From Raillietiella orientalis (lineage: Eukaryota), in the NCBI GenBank assembly GCA_036172245.1, contig JAYWIR010000010.1, positions 2,604,001 through 2,668,000 on the forward strand: DNA of 64,000 nucleotides, given 5' to 3'. The notes below the pieces were generated by a model, which ran no database searches, had not been told where the DNA came from, and saw nothing but the letters and a program-made list of their open reading frames with translations. The position numbers were made by a program, and so were the translations under genes. Each line of letters starts with the position of its first letter. Within the stretch, counting starts at the first letter, position 1. Below, piece after piece: positions 1 to 12,949 of this stretch.

Positions 1-1416
1 CTCGGAGCTATAATGATTCAATAAGAGCCGGAGATTTTCCATTATCCTCTTATATCTATTATCTATCTATGGCTATAGTTCTCCGAGGTATTCAGTTAAT
101 TTATACATATCGGACTCCTTCGCAAACACTGTTCTACCTTACATTTAAACCATACATTTAAGCTCTGAATAAAGTCATGGAATTTAATTAAATTCCAACT
201 ACTTTGAAGGTTGAAACATTTTTTTTGATGTGTATATTTCCAAATGCTGATGCTATACGAACCAACAATATTACCTACAACTTTTAGTAGTGATTACTCT
301 AAATTTTCTGTTCGCTGAGCTATCTCATGATATTCCTACGTATGTTGAAACCGACTTAATGATGTCATAATGATGATTTTTGAAGTCGCTAATGTTCCCC
401 TGTCCACAGTTGAAGCAAGAGATCCGATCGCTAGAAAATAATCATAACCTTGTTCAAAATAAAACAGTTTGAAAAAATCTTGTGCTCTTTGGAATACAGA
501 CTACAGCTTGCCGCAGGGATTTTCTTGGAAATTATATCCTTAGCAAAAAATACTGGAAGAGTAAATTGTAAATTCTTCTTCACACAATTATCAATCAGGT
601 TTCATATGATGGAAAACTCTTTAAAAATTGCCTGAGATTTCGGTGCTGATCTATTTTTTTTCCTCTTTGGAATTGGGAGTACCCTTTCACTTAACTTTTG
701 CTTCGAACAAAAATCCTGTTTGATTTCCATTGGAGATATTATGGTGAAAACCACCTCCGATGTTCAGTGAATTACTCAGTCACCTCAAATTGCGCTACCG
801 GGACGAATATAAAAACTTCAACTGCTATATATATTGACCGCTACCTTATCCATACGTCAACTTTCCCAACTGATGCTACCACCCTATTGCATTTGAGTCC
901 TCAATCCTTATATACACACATATCCACCTTATATCCATTCATAAAGGTGCTTCAAGTATTGCTATTTATTACTGAATTTCACTGACTAGTCAGCCTTTTG
1001 TTACCTTGATTTCGTCGGCAAATTTCATCGCATATTTCCAGCACTCTATGCCGAAATTAACTGCCTGCGCGCCGACTCCAGTGGAAACTTTGATTTTATG
1101 TTCAAAGAAATGAGTTGCCTTCCGCTCTTAATATGAAACTCAACACTTCAAACTATCAGACTCCTGACTATCATGAATTTTTTGTTCGACTCACGCTAAA
1201 CTTAATGAATCAAAATATGGATAAAAATTGATTGTACCCCACATCAAAGCGGCACATCGAGATGATAATTTCGTTGTAAACTTTTCAACTGTTAGCATAG
1301 ACTCATTGTCTCTGCTACGACGTAGTCTGCGGAAGATACTCCAGATGATCTAGCTAGGGACCTCTCTACATTGGCAAACGTGAGCACCACTGCATCCTCA
1401 ATTCTCGAACGAAAGG

Positions 1417-1715
1417 TTGCGAGAACCTGTCTCAACGAGACAATCTGACTACAGCAAAGTTCCTTTAGCTATCCGGAAGATAGAGAGAGAGATCCGCGAA
1501 GCATCGTATGTCATACAAAAAAAGGAAATCCCTGTTAGTAGCCTGGAAATGAGAATAAGAAACTGTATCGTCGTGGTTTGCTCTGAACGACTATGTAGCA
1601 CCAGCTCCGGGATTTCTAAAATGTTTCCAACTTACCATTAAAGTGGAAACGGTATCTCTGCACCTGCGCTTACTTTGCTCATGTGCAATGAATGTCATCT
1701 CGAACTATTTACATC
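1417..1715 (+). mobile_element. Possible decayed piggyBac-like transposase C-terminal Cys-rich remnant
   Basis: The ORF 1417-1641 frame, read past its stop, gives RNCIVVVCS...TYH*...PALTLLMCNECH, loosely like the piggyBac Cys-rich domain (RxCxxC...TxYxCxxC...PxLC). No termini found. Confidence 0.2.
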
Positions 1716-2486
1716 CCTTAGAGGCACATACCCTATAACGTAATGCACCAGTTATCTCCAAATGCAAACTAAGATGTGTGACTTAGCATTATTGGTTTAT
1801 GGGAACGTTTTTTTAAAACTAATTTCTCACCAATACTCCATAAAGGGATTCCATAAAACTGCAATCTGCAACTCGTAATCATAAAAATCAATTTGCCTCG
1901 CAATCGACTCCTCTCTTTTCGCAATCATGGAAAAATTCCAACCACAAAAAAAAAAAGTTCGTACGCTTTTTCCTTGTTGAAAAAGACTTCATGAGCAAAG
2001 GAGTCTAACGCTTCAAGGGTGCAAAACTTATTTGCAATTTGGTGTTTGGTGAATTCACATTTGCAAAAGAAATTGTGTGATAAGAGATGCCATCGGCGGA
2101 GGTCTACTTTAAGGGCACTTATCGTGATGAATTATAAAACTTGAACGACAAAGATTTCCAGCATTTCATATGGGGCAGTTCTTTAGTTTTGCACAAACTA
2201 AAGCAGCAAATTAATTATGAATAATAAACATAGGAAACTATATTACTGTCATCACTCCAAGAAACACTACGGAAACTAAAAACACAAAAGTGTTATAAAT
2301 TTCTGGGTTCCTACTTGATGATTACACAGACTGTCTTTCTTTCAAACACATATTTAAACTAAAGTTTACTCTAGCTTCAACTTAGAAATATATTATGCTC
2401 AAAATACAATCATATGTATGTATATTTTTAAAATACAATCATTACATTCATTTTTTCTGTTGAAAGCAAATCACTATCTGATGACT

Positions 2487-5400
2487 TCATAAATAATTCC
2501 ATTCTGATGATCCCAAACCTCTTGATGATATCATTTTCCGTGCAATTTCCATAGGTATGTCATGACTCAGCCATAATTGGTGCAATTTTCTGTATTGTTC
2601 AACATTCAAATATAATGGATAGCCTCTTTTTAAACCAACATCTGTTTCTCCATACTCATCCAAATAGGGTGCAGGGCAAAAACAACCTAAAGCATCAAGT
2701 TATTAGTTTAGTAAAATGTCTATGATTTTTTTTTGCATCTGTGCATACTCTACCTTTAAAAACAGAAGCCAAAAGAATCAATTTGCATTCACGTATTCGT
2801 AAAAATATGCCTACACCACCACCACATAAGTATGCATGATAAGTGCAAGCTCCTACAAGCACGCCTTTCAATTCTTTTTGACAGCAATAACTCTAAGAGG
2901 AAAATTGGAAAGATGAATTATGCAGTGCACTCTCACCTGTGAACAAAGTACTTGTCCACAAACTAAACACATTGTGGGGGTGCGAGAATTTTCCCCATTA
3001 CTGTTTGGGCATAGGAATACTGATACTTCATTGATAAGAGTACTATAATCATAAGGTAAAGGTATCAGTTGATTTACTTTTAAGGGATACTGCACCAACT
3101 GCCACTTGCATTCCATGACACTATCACATTTTTTCCATATTTGGCAGGTCCAAGATTTAACTAAGAATATAATATCCTTGCATGTCAATAATGTTTGAAA
3201 GATATTGGTCATTCCCAAGTATGCTAACATGTTACCATATGTGTCACCACCTGGACTACATAAATCAGGTGGCACAGGAACTCCAGTTATATGATGCCAA
3301 AGAATACAAACACATCTTAAAAATGGAAGGATGGCTGTTTTTACATGATTATACAAAAACCCAGAATTGATGCAAGGTTTTTCCCAAATAGTTTCATATA
3401 AAATGGCTAGGTAAGATGCATCATTAGCATCAAGTTCATTACATTCCACATCCATAAACATATCTTCTGTGTTACATACCAAAATCTGAACTACATGCAT
3501 TAGAGTACATAACTGTGTGAGAACTAAATCAAGAGAATCTCCCTGAGGTAAACTATGCTTTGGCAGCATACAGCGTATAGAGCATACTGCACATACAAGA
3601 ATACCAAAAGCATCATGTTCTAACAAATGAGTTCCATCTCCTTCACCCATCATTAATAAACTCAGCAGAGTAAGACAGTGACTTCGTGAGACCTCTGGGT
3701 TAGGACCAACAATAGCCAATGTTCCACAAGCCCGCACCATAGCACCTAGAGCTTCATGAAGCCTTGATGAAGTTCCTCCAAATAAGGCCAAATTTTGCTC
3801 TCGCTGTAGCCATTCGTGTGCTAAAATGGTGTAAGCACAAGCTTGCCATGTTGCCAGAGATGCATTCTGATTGTCAGCAATCTGTCTTACATTCATTCCT
3901 TCTGAAAGATTGCACTTTGCAAATCCAGATATTACTGAAGGGAACTGAAGAGGAAAAACAACTTCTTCAATAGGATAAGTACCCAGTCTGTGCAGAGATA
4001 ACAAAACTTCAGGATTGCTAATGTGATATACAGCATGAGAAGGGAATTTTGCATCTGAAGTACCATACAACATTAATTGTTTACTTTGGCTCAATTGGGA
4101 AAAAACACTCAGCCAATCTTCAACAGATGGTGTTGATACATTTTCAAAATGGCAAGATTGCGGTAAAAATAAGGGAATTACAGAATTACTGAGTGTATCA
4201 CACAAAGGGCACAAAAATTCCTGCATATTGGATGAAGAAAGTTGATCTCTACGCACTGATGCCACGCTATAGTAATTACTCCAACAGTCTTCATGTAAAA
4301 CATGTCCACAAGTATTAATATGTGAAGCACAAATGAGATCCGCTTTCAAGAACAAGCTAGGCGGATTCGATAAATGACCTCTTTTCTGTGACAAAACAGT
4401 GGAGCACTGCACCAAAGCACACATTACAAGGGTTCGTGATTGACAAGATAGAAGTTGTTCCTCTTGGCATAAGATACATGTGTATTTGGTATCAGAGAAT
4501 TGCTGAAAACTCCTTTGGGGATTAAGAGCTTTCAACTGATTAATTTCAGAAGTTTTCAGTATTAACTCTGAAGCATTAATTTTCTCATCAATGCTCTCTG
4601 AAGTTACTTTAGACAGAATTCTAAAATAGTTAAAGCTTACCTTCCTCAAAGTGATGTGCATTTTCTTTCATGAAAGTTTGTTGCATAGCAGACATCTGGG
4701 CCAAAATACGTGCTTTGCGAGCCTTTACTAAATCAGCTCTTCTCTTTTTTTCTGCCTGGATACCTACATCTAGCTGATTGGATACATTGGCATTCTCACA
4801 GGAGTTCATATCCTCTGTTACCATCACCTATAAACTAATTCGTTTTAAAATTTCAGAAATTAATCCTAACCTGCTGCAGTTGCTTCAACGTCCACATAGT
4901 AAAGTCACTGTGCATATTAGTACGGGAAGATGATAACACTCTTTCCAGAAGTTGAGGCAAATTCCAAATTCGTGCTTTTTCACAAAAAACACTTGGATTT
5001 TCATGCAATGCATAATTAATAAGATAGAGAGCGCGATGCAACTGAGATTCTGTGACTAAAGATGCATCTGGACTTGCCATGCACCTGAGAACCTTGCAGA
5101 GCAAACTACATACAGTATCACAATGAAGAAGTCTTGTAACTCCTGCATATGCAGGGTTAAATGGAGGTAAAGAAGGAGGTACACAGAATGTTTGGCCAGT
5201 AGTCTCTTTAAGGCGCTTACACTGACTTTGCTCAGCTCGGGATTGCTCTTCTCGAGAATAGTGGTAGAAATACATGTCAAACTGACTATAGTATTCAGCT
5301 CGCAGGGAATACTTGCCACAACCCATCTTATTAGCAGGTTTCACAAAATCTGCCACTTTATTAATGGTGTCTTCTACAGCAAACAAACGATGTGTATGGC

Positions 5401-7976
5401 TAGGCAATACCTTAATAAGGTGCGAATGGCTCATAGGTTCAATGCATAATTGGTGAATAATTTCTTTCTGTAGAGCTTCTTCTGCTGATACTATACCTAC
5501 ACCAATCTGATGGCGTTCACCCACCAATGTTATAAGCAGTCCAAGAAACTCTTCTGCTAACAGTGCTAGCATTTTATGCGATTCTTCATCAATACAGGCA
5601 GTGCCATTTTCAAGGTCATCTTTGGCCCAGAGCATTAAGCCAAATCGATTTAAAACTTGTACAACAAATTCATCTGGATCCATCAGAGATGCCATAGCTT
5701 GTAGCAATATTATATCACGATCTAACATCTCTTTGCGAAACCGTACGTTTCGATAGAAATAAATTTGGTTTAAAATGGAAAACCCATTGCGTTTCCACAT
5801 TCCAGCCTGAACCTGTGCTACCAATACTTGTGCTCGTAATGCTGGCTCTACTAACTCCATAGGAGTAGGCTTGTGTTTGATATTGAACTCAATGTCATTG
5901 TGAGCCAGTCCATGAGCACTAAGATGAGGATGCAAAGCAGCCAAGAATCTAGTCAAAGGAGCATGGATGGACACTGGTTGACTTGATACATCATATGCCA
6001 GACAAGAAACACTCTTCTTTGTCAAAGTGACTGTGATCCATGCACAGCATGATTCATGCTCAGCACTCAGGCAACGTAGTACAGCACGGTATACCTTCAG
6101 CAATACAATGCGATCTGAAGCACACCATTCCACTATGAGGCTTATCACAGAAGATAGTTTGATCTGGATGTTGAATGCAGTCTCCCAATCTGGTTCGAAC
6201 TCTAGATGCAGCTCCACCTGTCTTACTGCAGCATCCATGTTCTAGATTAGTCCCAGGTTATCGGAACTTAGCCAATGAAGGCTACCTGCATCATTGACAA
6301 AATTTTCAGGAGCTGAGTCACGCCAGACAGGAACCCTCGACGCAGTTCATTTGTCCATGGATTGGGCAGCACACTCAAAATGTGTTCCACATCAAACAAA
6401 GATAGCAATGCTCGTCGAAAAGAGTTGAAGACAGGATGGCGCCCAAAACTCAGACGATTCTCAGCATTGCAATAATGGACACATTCGGCTAATAATATTT
6501 GTAATAAAACAGCAAGAACATTCTCTTCAGCCATGAGCTGATGGGCTAAAGTTGGAACAGTATACACCTGCACCAGCTGGGATGTCACAGATACAGAGTA
6601 GTCATGGTCATCTTCAATAAAATCACTCATTATTTTGCCATAATGACGGGTGAATAACTGCGCAAAAAGCTTTTTCCCCTCTGGTTCTGTCATAAAACCA
6701 GTAATAAACAACCGCTGCCACTGTAGCCGTGCCCCTTTCCAGAATTTTGTGTCAGATAATAATACAGACTCAAGTAAAGTAATGCTATTTTCCTTACTGG
6801 TGCACTGGGTAAATGCTTCCCTCAGGGGTTGGCAAAGATGAACACACAAACCCAACAGTTTTTGCAGCCAGGCAAGTAATTTAAGAACAAACATCTGATG
6901 CATCAACATAAGCACTGATGTAACTGCAACTTTTAAGGGTCGGCCAACAGCACGACCAGTCTGCCTTTCCACTGCAAGTTTTACATCTGTGCAATTCTGC
7001 TGATTTGCAACTTTCACCACACAGCGTCCTTCTCGATCAGTTGCTGTGGCCAATTCTACAGCTTCTTTGTGGGTGCATCCAACTGCTTGCATCAACACCT
7101 GAATTACTTGTTCATAGGTGTGTGTCTCATCATTGTAAAGAACTGTTGCATAATTCTTAGCATTACAGTCTAAATCCCATGATGCTGGATGTAAATCAGC
7201 TGGTAGATCAGCAGCAGAGTAGCAAGTAAGCATTTCATAGCTGTAACGAAGCACACAAGTAAAAATAACTGTACAACGACTTAGCAAATTCTGAAGCAAA
7301 GGATCATTAATAGATTTATCATCCGAAGTTATCTTAGCAGCATGTATGGTGCACCATGGACTTTGTTTCCATGCTTCTACATCTCCACAATCACACATGC
7401 CATTACCATTTGAAGTCCGCATCTTGTACCTGGAGAAAGTTTTGTGGGAACATACATATGTAATTTTATATAAACCTGTGGTGTCTATGTTCACTATTAT
7501 GAAAACAAGAAGAACACAGCACACAAGTTTGATCCAATGCACAGTCTTGACAACTATAAGTAGGTTCACCATCACAAAGTAGCATGCCACAAGCTGAAGG
7601 ATTGGTATTGAAATTCTGAAGTTTCTGAAATTTGCATTCCCAATAAAAGTAATAGACAATTATGTGATAGTAATTAGGCTTCTAGAGATACGTCTTTAAT
7701 TACCTCAAAAGTAACTTTGGGTTTCCCTTGACATATGAATTGTTCCAAAGGATCAAGAAGAAATTCTGTTATACTATCTTCATTATTAACTGTGTTAACA
7801 GAATCTGTTGACTGAGCACTTGTCATGAAAAACTGTGGTACTTGGATCTTCCAATATGATCTCAGCAAAGATTCCTTAAATTTTCCTTCTCGATAATATT
7901 GTGACCAATACTCCATGACAGCTGATGGATTATTAATCAAATTGTTCCCAGAATATATTTCATCAGGATTCTCCAT
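2487..7976 (-). CDS. UBR2: E3 ubiquitin-protein ligase UBR1/UBR2-type (N-recognin, Arg/N-degron pathway), 8 coding exons
   Basis: Exons 7976-7704, 7624-7476, 7429-6286, 6241-4871, 4827-4641, 4597-2937, 2892-2754, 2686-2487; all GT-AG and frame-consistent. UBR box ([60 protein letters not shown]; exon 2 is not in the ORF-track frame), ClpS-like domain (VLYNDETHTYEQVI), RING-H2 (CILC..CGHVLHEDC..CPLC), C-terminal PYLDEYGETDVGLKRG. UBR1 versus UBR2 cannot be distinguished. Confidence 0.95.
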
Positions 7977-10900
7977 TGGTAGTTGATGCTCGGGTATTTT
8001 TTTTATGGAGCTCCAATATTCATAAGCATGTTAATCTGGATTACTATAAAAAGAAATCTTGAAAAAATAGATTTTTATATAGCTCACTTATTTGAATAAT
8101 GAAACAATGCCAAAATACTTTAAAACATATATTACAATTTAGAAAAACTCAAGATTAAACATTAAAGTGAAATTTAATTATTCTACTGATAAAAGTCTGA
8201 CTGAAGAGTAAAGCATTAATCTGATGCACTTTATTTAACATTGTGGTGGTATGACTAAAAAACATGAAATATATACACAAATCCAACAAATCATTGCAAT
8301 GTAATGATGCATTGGCAGCATATGAATTTTTCAAATTTTTGGGGACAAAATGCTGAAAATTCCCAGGAATAATTTACTTTGATAATTAGAAGTTTTATAA
8401 CAAATTTTCAAATAGCAGCAACAATATTACGTTTTATCTGCATTAGGTCAAACATCTGTTACAAACTTGAACAGTGAAGAGGCAAAATACTTAATATATA
8501 TGGTCCAAACATTTGGTATAATTTAAATACGTAATTCTAGTTGATTACATATAACGGTTAATCAATTGCACTCATATTGATATAACACAGTTACGTAGTA
8601 GGATTAAACACTTATGCTGATTAATTAAAATGTTTACATGCAATCTTCCGTTAAGTTCTGAATATGTTACAATTAAGGCTGTTCTTTACATAACAGAGCT
8701 TAATTAGTATCTGCAACTTGAAATTCACTTATGCATTGATAAATAAAATTATACAAGAGTTGCTAGCTATTAATTTTCAATTTTACTTTAATTACATGTA
8801 GGCATCTTTTTTCCTATGAACAACCATCTGATGTTTAAAGAAAAATTTAAAACAAATAGCATTTCCCAATAGCCTACACATTGAAAAGTTAATACTTGAT
8901 TCAAGCACGCTTCCACAAATATAGACTTAAAACTTCAAAAATACTGTCTTATCAATTTTTCATTAACGAAGGCAATTTGAAAAATGTATTCTTCAAAGTA
9001 ATTACTACAGCCACAATACAATAGATTCTCATGCATGATGCAGGCCTTTTTTTGTCAGTTCTTTAGCAACAAAACAGTCTTTTTTCGTTGCTTGTAAATG
9101 AGTTACATACTAACTGATAATACGATCTTCAAAATAAGGTCCGCTGAAACATATCATGCCGTTGTCTTCCAAATTAAGTATGCGAACATTTCATAATACA
9201 TATCCAGACTCGATTAGAATTTATCCGTACAATGCAGAATGCATTCGTTAGTACATTTGAACACGAAAGATGCTAACACAGGTTTTTAAGAAATATTACG
9301 TAATTGGCTTGCATAGACTGTTGTTTCGAATGAGGAAGTTCTGATGCCATTTAATTTGTTTGAAACGCACTCCGAAAATGGGTTCACAATATATAACATT
9401 CAAGACAGTTGTTTCAATTTACCAGTTTATCACGTACACGAGGGACCACGAACACTCTTGCTGTTAACATTTTCTTATACAATTTCCAATGAATGATTCA
9501 ACCGAACTGATTTACGGTGACAGTGTGCATTTGTTATATTCGGAACACGAACCTGTCTAGGAAGAATATTTTTAAACAAAAGCTATTCTCACATATTTAC
9601 ATCTGCATGAGGGAAACAAAAAAGACAAAGACGACCGTGGACTACACTTTAACGCGAGGATATGCTTAATTTATTTGACTCACGAGGCTCAATGCACAAT
9701 TCATGTGAAGCTTTATTTGCAGCTCTCCCATTTCCCACCGCATCACTTACAAAGACAGCACAGATTAACGAAAAATCAGCTGATGTTTAGAATTTTTAGG
9801 CATGGCAATCCACATCCATGCATTTGGTGGAGCACTATGTGATCCCTAAATGCACTCGTTCGGGGAAATAAGAAGGAGAGCAAAAAATTTGGCAACAATA
9901 ATTTATCGACAAAGTTGCTGAAACAATTAGTAATGACAAAAATAATTACTAATCATAATCTAAAAACAGTGTTTGTCGCAAAGTGATCCATCCGTCAGTG
10001 AGATCACTGAAGATGAGCCGTAATGATCAACTTCAAAGAAGTCGAAAAACTTTTTGGAGTTATTCTTTTTGATAATCATTCTCGTTTTTCGCTCACTTTT
10101 GTTCGTAGTGCAACAGTCGCAACTAAATTATGTACGAAACCCCTTATGCAATTGGATTTTTAAATAATGACGTAACCACGGAAATATCATTTCATCCTCA
10201 TAATTGAGTTTTCCTTTCGGTCTACGATCGAGTTTATCTTCACATAAGATACGTTTTCTACAGCAACACATTCAAAATATCTCATACAGACACAACTGGG
10301 GACATTGGCGGTAACGAGCAAGTAAATACGTAGCGAACCCCCAACCGTACGTACGTACTGTTCTAAATAGATTTGTCTCTGTGCGTACATGCGTATACGT
10401 AGTTTCTGAGAGCAATAATGCGCATACGCATGTACAAATAGATGCAGATTGAAAACACGCAAACTTGCTGATAACCAAATATATATATATACATATCTGT
10501 GCACCACAAATTTGCATGTAAGCACCGTTAATGTCATAAACCTTGCATAACCATATACACAAATTGTGCCTGATTGTTAATTCAAAGATCAAAATGCATA
10601 AGATCCAGTCATCAGGAAAGTCCTTTAAAAGCATTTCCATCCCTCATCAATAGAAAATCGTAGATGCTTTTCAAAATCACTCCCCTGAACAAAACAGAAA
10701 TTCTTGAAATCTGCAAATTACATATTTTTATCAAATAGCATTTTCAAGTACCATCTATGTATGTTGCCAAATTTCATCATGACATTGATCTAATATGGAA
10801 TTGGTATTATTTCATTCGCATGCAGTTGACGAAACATGCGTATGATTTCATATTTTAATAAATGAATTCCGTTAATTTCTCTCCAGCAACCGACAATCGC

Positions 10901-11289
10901 TCGAGCCAAGTGTTAATAGTGCAGTGGTTCTTTGAAATCCACATGATGATAGGTCCAAGTTTCTTTCTGCTATGTAGCAAGAAACGAATGAAGATTTACT
11001 TTTCGTTTTCTCTCTTGTTTTGATTCAAGTGAGTGTCCATCAAACAGTGATGCGACCTGAGAGTGAGCTATGTTTTTTCAATTCTAGAGATTTCACATCT
11101 TAAAATTATATAACTGAATATACCTCGAAATCTTAAGACAGAGGAACGTCCAAAATTTTTTCTTAGAAGAAAGGTGTGTGCTTTCGAATCCCACGATACA
11201 TGACCGCGGTAGGAACGATTATTACTCTTTTCCATGTAGAAGGTGAACGATGCGCAGTTTGGCAACTTGTGTGAACACCACTTTCTGTT

Positions 11290-11909
11290 TCCCGCCCGGG
11301 TGCGCCGGGGAGTTTCTTGCTAAACTATCCGGGAATGGGGTTCCCGGACAAAATACACAGAAGAAACGAAGGGGGGAATCCCCGACACGCAGGTCGGTAA
11401 ACCGAAAGTCCGGAACGGGAGGGAGAGGACTCAAATACACATATAAAAAATAGAAATAAAGATATGGGGAGGGTAGGGGACAGGTATCTTTGGCTTCGGC
11501 CTTCCTTTCCTTCAGAACCGGCGGTGGAGGCCGGAGATCTCCTTCCTCACGTCTTCTGGAAGATGAGGTGACCTGGCAGTCGACATCATGTTGTTGTCGG
11601 CTATTCCGGTGGCCTGACGAAGAATGGCCAGCTTCTCCAGCTCTCGGTGGGCCTTGTCGATGGCGCGGGTGCAACAGACCGTTCCGATGACAGCACGTAA
11701 GGACGGCCCGCCTGGCGTGAAGAAGCGGCACATCAAATCCCTTGCGGTGTCCTCCTGGTGCAGGAGAGCTGAGGCCAGCCTCCGCCACAGTCCTTGGAGG
11801 GCACCGCAGTCCAAGAGCAGGTGCGGGAGAGTTTCCACTTCCCTGCAGCGTTTACAGTTCGGGGAGACATCTACCCCGGAAACACGGTTCGTCCGCTTGT
11901 TGGAGTGAA
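11290..11909 (-). mobile_element. 5'-truncated non-LTR retrotransposon (end of ORF2 with CCHC zinc knuckle plus 3' UTR), L1/Tx1-like
   Basis: Minus-strand frame reads PNCKRCREVETLPHLLLDC (CCHC motif of LINE ORF2) and stops at 11512. GC-rich. Flanked by a 16-bp duplication AACACCAC(T/C)TTCTGTT at 11274-11289 and 11910-11925. Confidence 0.85.
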
Positions 11910-12949
11910 AACACCACCTTCTGTTCCGAACAGAAGAGGGACAGACTACCGTGCAGGGTCTGCAGCTTACTAGCAATGGTAGTTACTGCTCTTTGCTGAG
12001 AAAGCGAAACTGGCCATCGTCATGAACCACGAAATAATCTTTGAGTCTCCGTTTTTGTTTTCCTTGACGGCTTATTTGGGGATAGAACGCAGCGTTAGGT
12101 GTGTGAAAAGGAACACTTCTCTCATGTGTCATAGAAAATCTCATTCTTGCGATGCAAAGGGTCCGCAGCGCCTCACAAAAGGGTGGAAGCATAGAGGAAT
12201 CATCACTCACTGTCGAAATTACGCGTTCTTGCGAGGCTGCAAATCACCACCCTCCTGAAGAGTAAAGATTTCGATTTCATGTTAAAGCAGAGCTTTCCAC
12301 GGGATGCAACAGCTTTTGCTCTCTCGTCTTCCAGTACAAAGTAAAAGGAGCTACCTCTGCAACCGTAATTTGAAATTAAGACCCTTCTGCACTGACGAAT
12401 GATGAGGATGACGACCACGACGATATGCATACAACAGCATGTCTTTCTTTATATCAGTTTATAACGAAATCAAGCGAACTTTTCCACCGAACTTCCCCGG
12501 AAAAGACTGATTTGGAAGTGCCATTTTCTCCTTATCCTAATGAACCCAAGACAGTGGATGCTGAGGTAATTCCATGTTACTGTTTTGCGACTCACGAAGA
12601 CTCATACGCAGAGATAAACATTTCATGGAAAACATTCATCAGTACTGAAGTTTTCACCATGTCCGCTGTCTCCGATGGTTTCCTACCTAAAGCCATATCC
12701 ATACTTCCACAGCTTCCACGTCGTGAAGACTGCCACAGGCGGAGCCATGTAATAGTCTATGATGTGTTTCTAAAGCACTTCCTTGCAAGTCATGACGGTT
12801 TACATCTATTGCCGGTTAGGACAGTTGTACACATGGCACCTATTTCACCTCGCATTCTCATAGTGACACCATGACCTATTTGCTGTGCTGCATGATCGTC
12901 TTGAAGATTTTAGTCGGCTTCATCCAGCTGATAGCTCGGACGAAATGTA

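Noticed and set aside
4621..4640. 20-nt intron in UBR
   Set aside because: The AG at 4622-4621 gives an early stop; the acceptor at 4598 (43-nt intron) keeps the frame.
7430..7659. Hydrophobic transmembrane-like N-terminus of ORF 6268-7659
   Set aside because: It is intron sequence plus an off-frame reading of the exon encoding the UBR box.
11180..11200. tRNA T-loop-like TTCGAATCC
   Set aside because: No cloverleaf, A box or acceptor stem around it.
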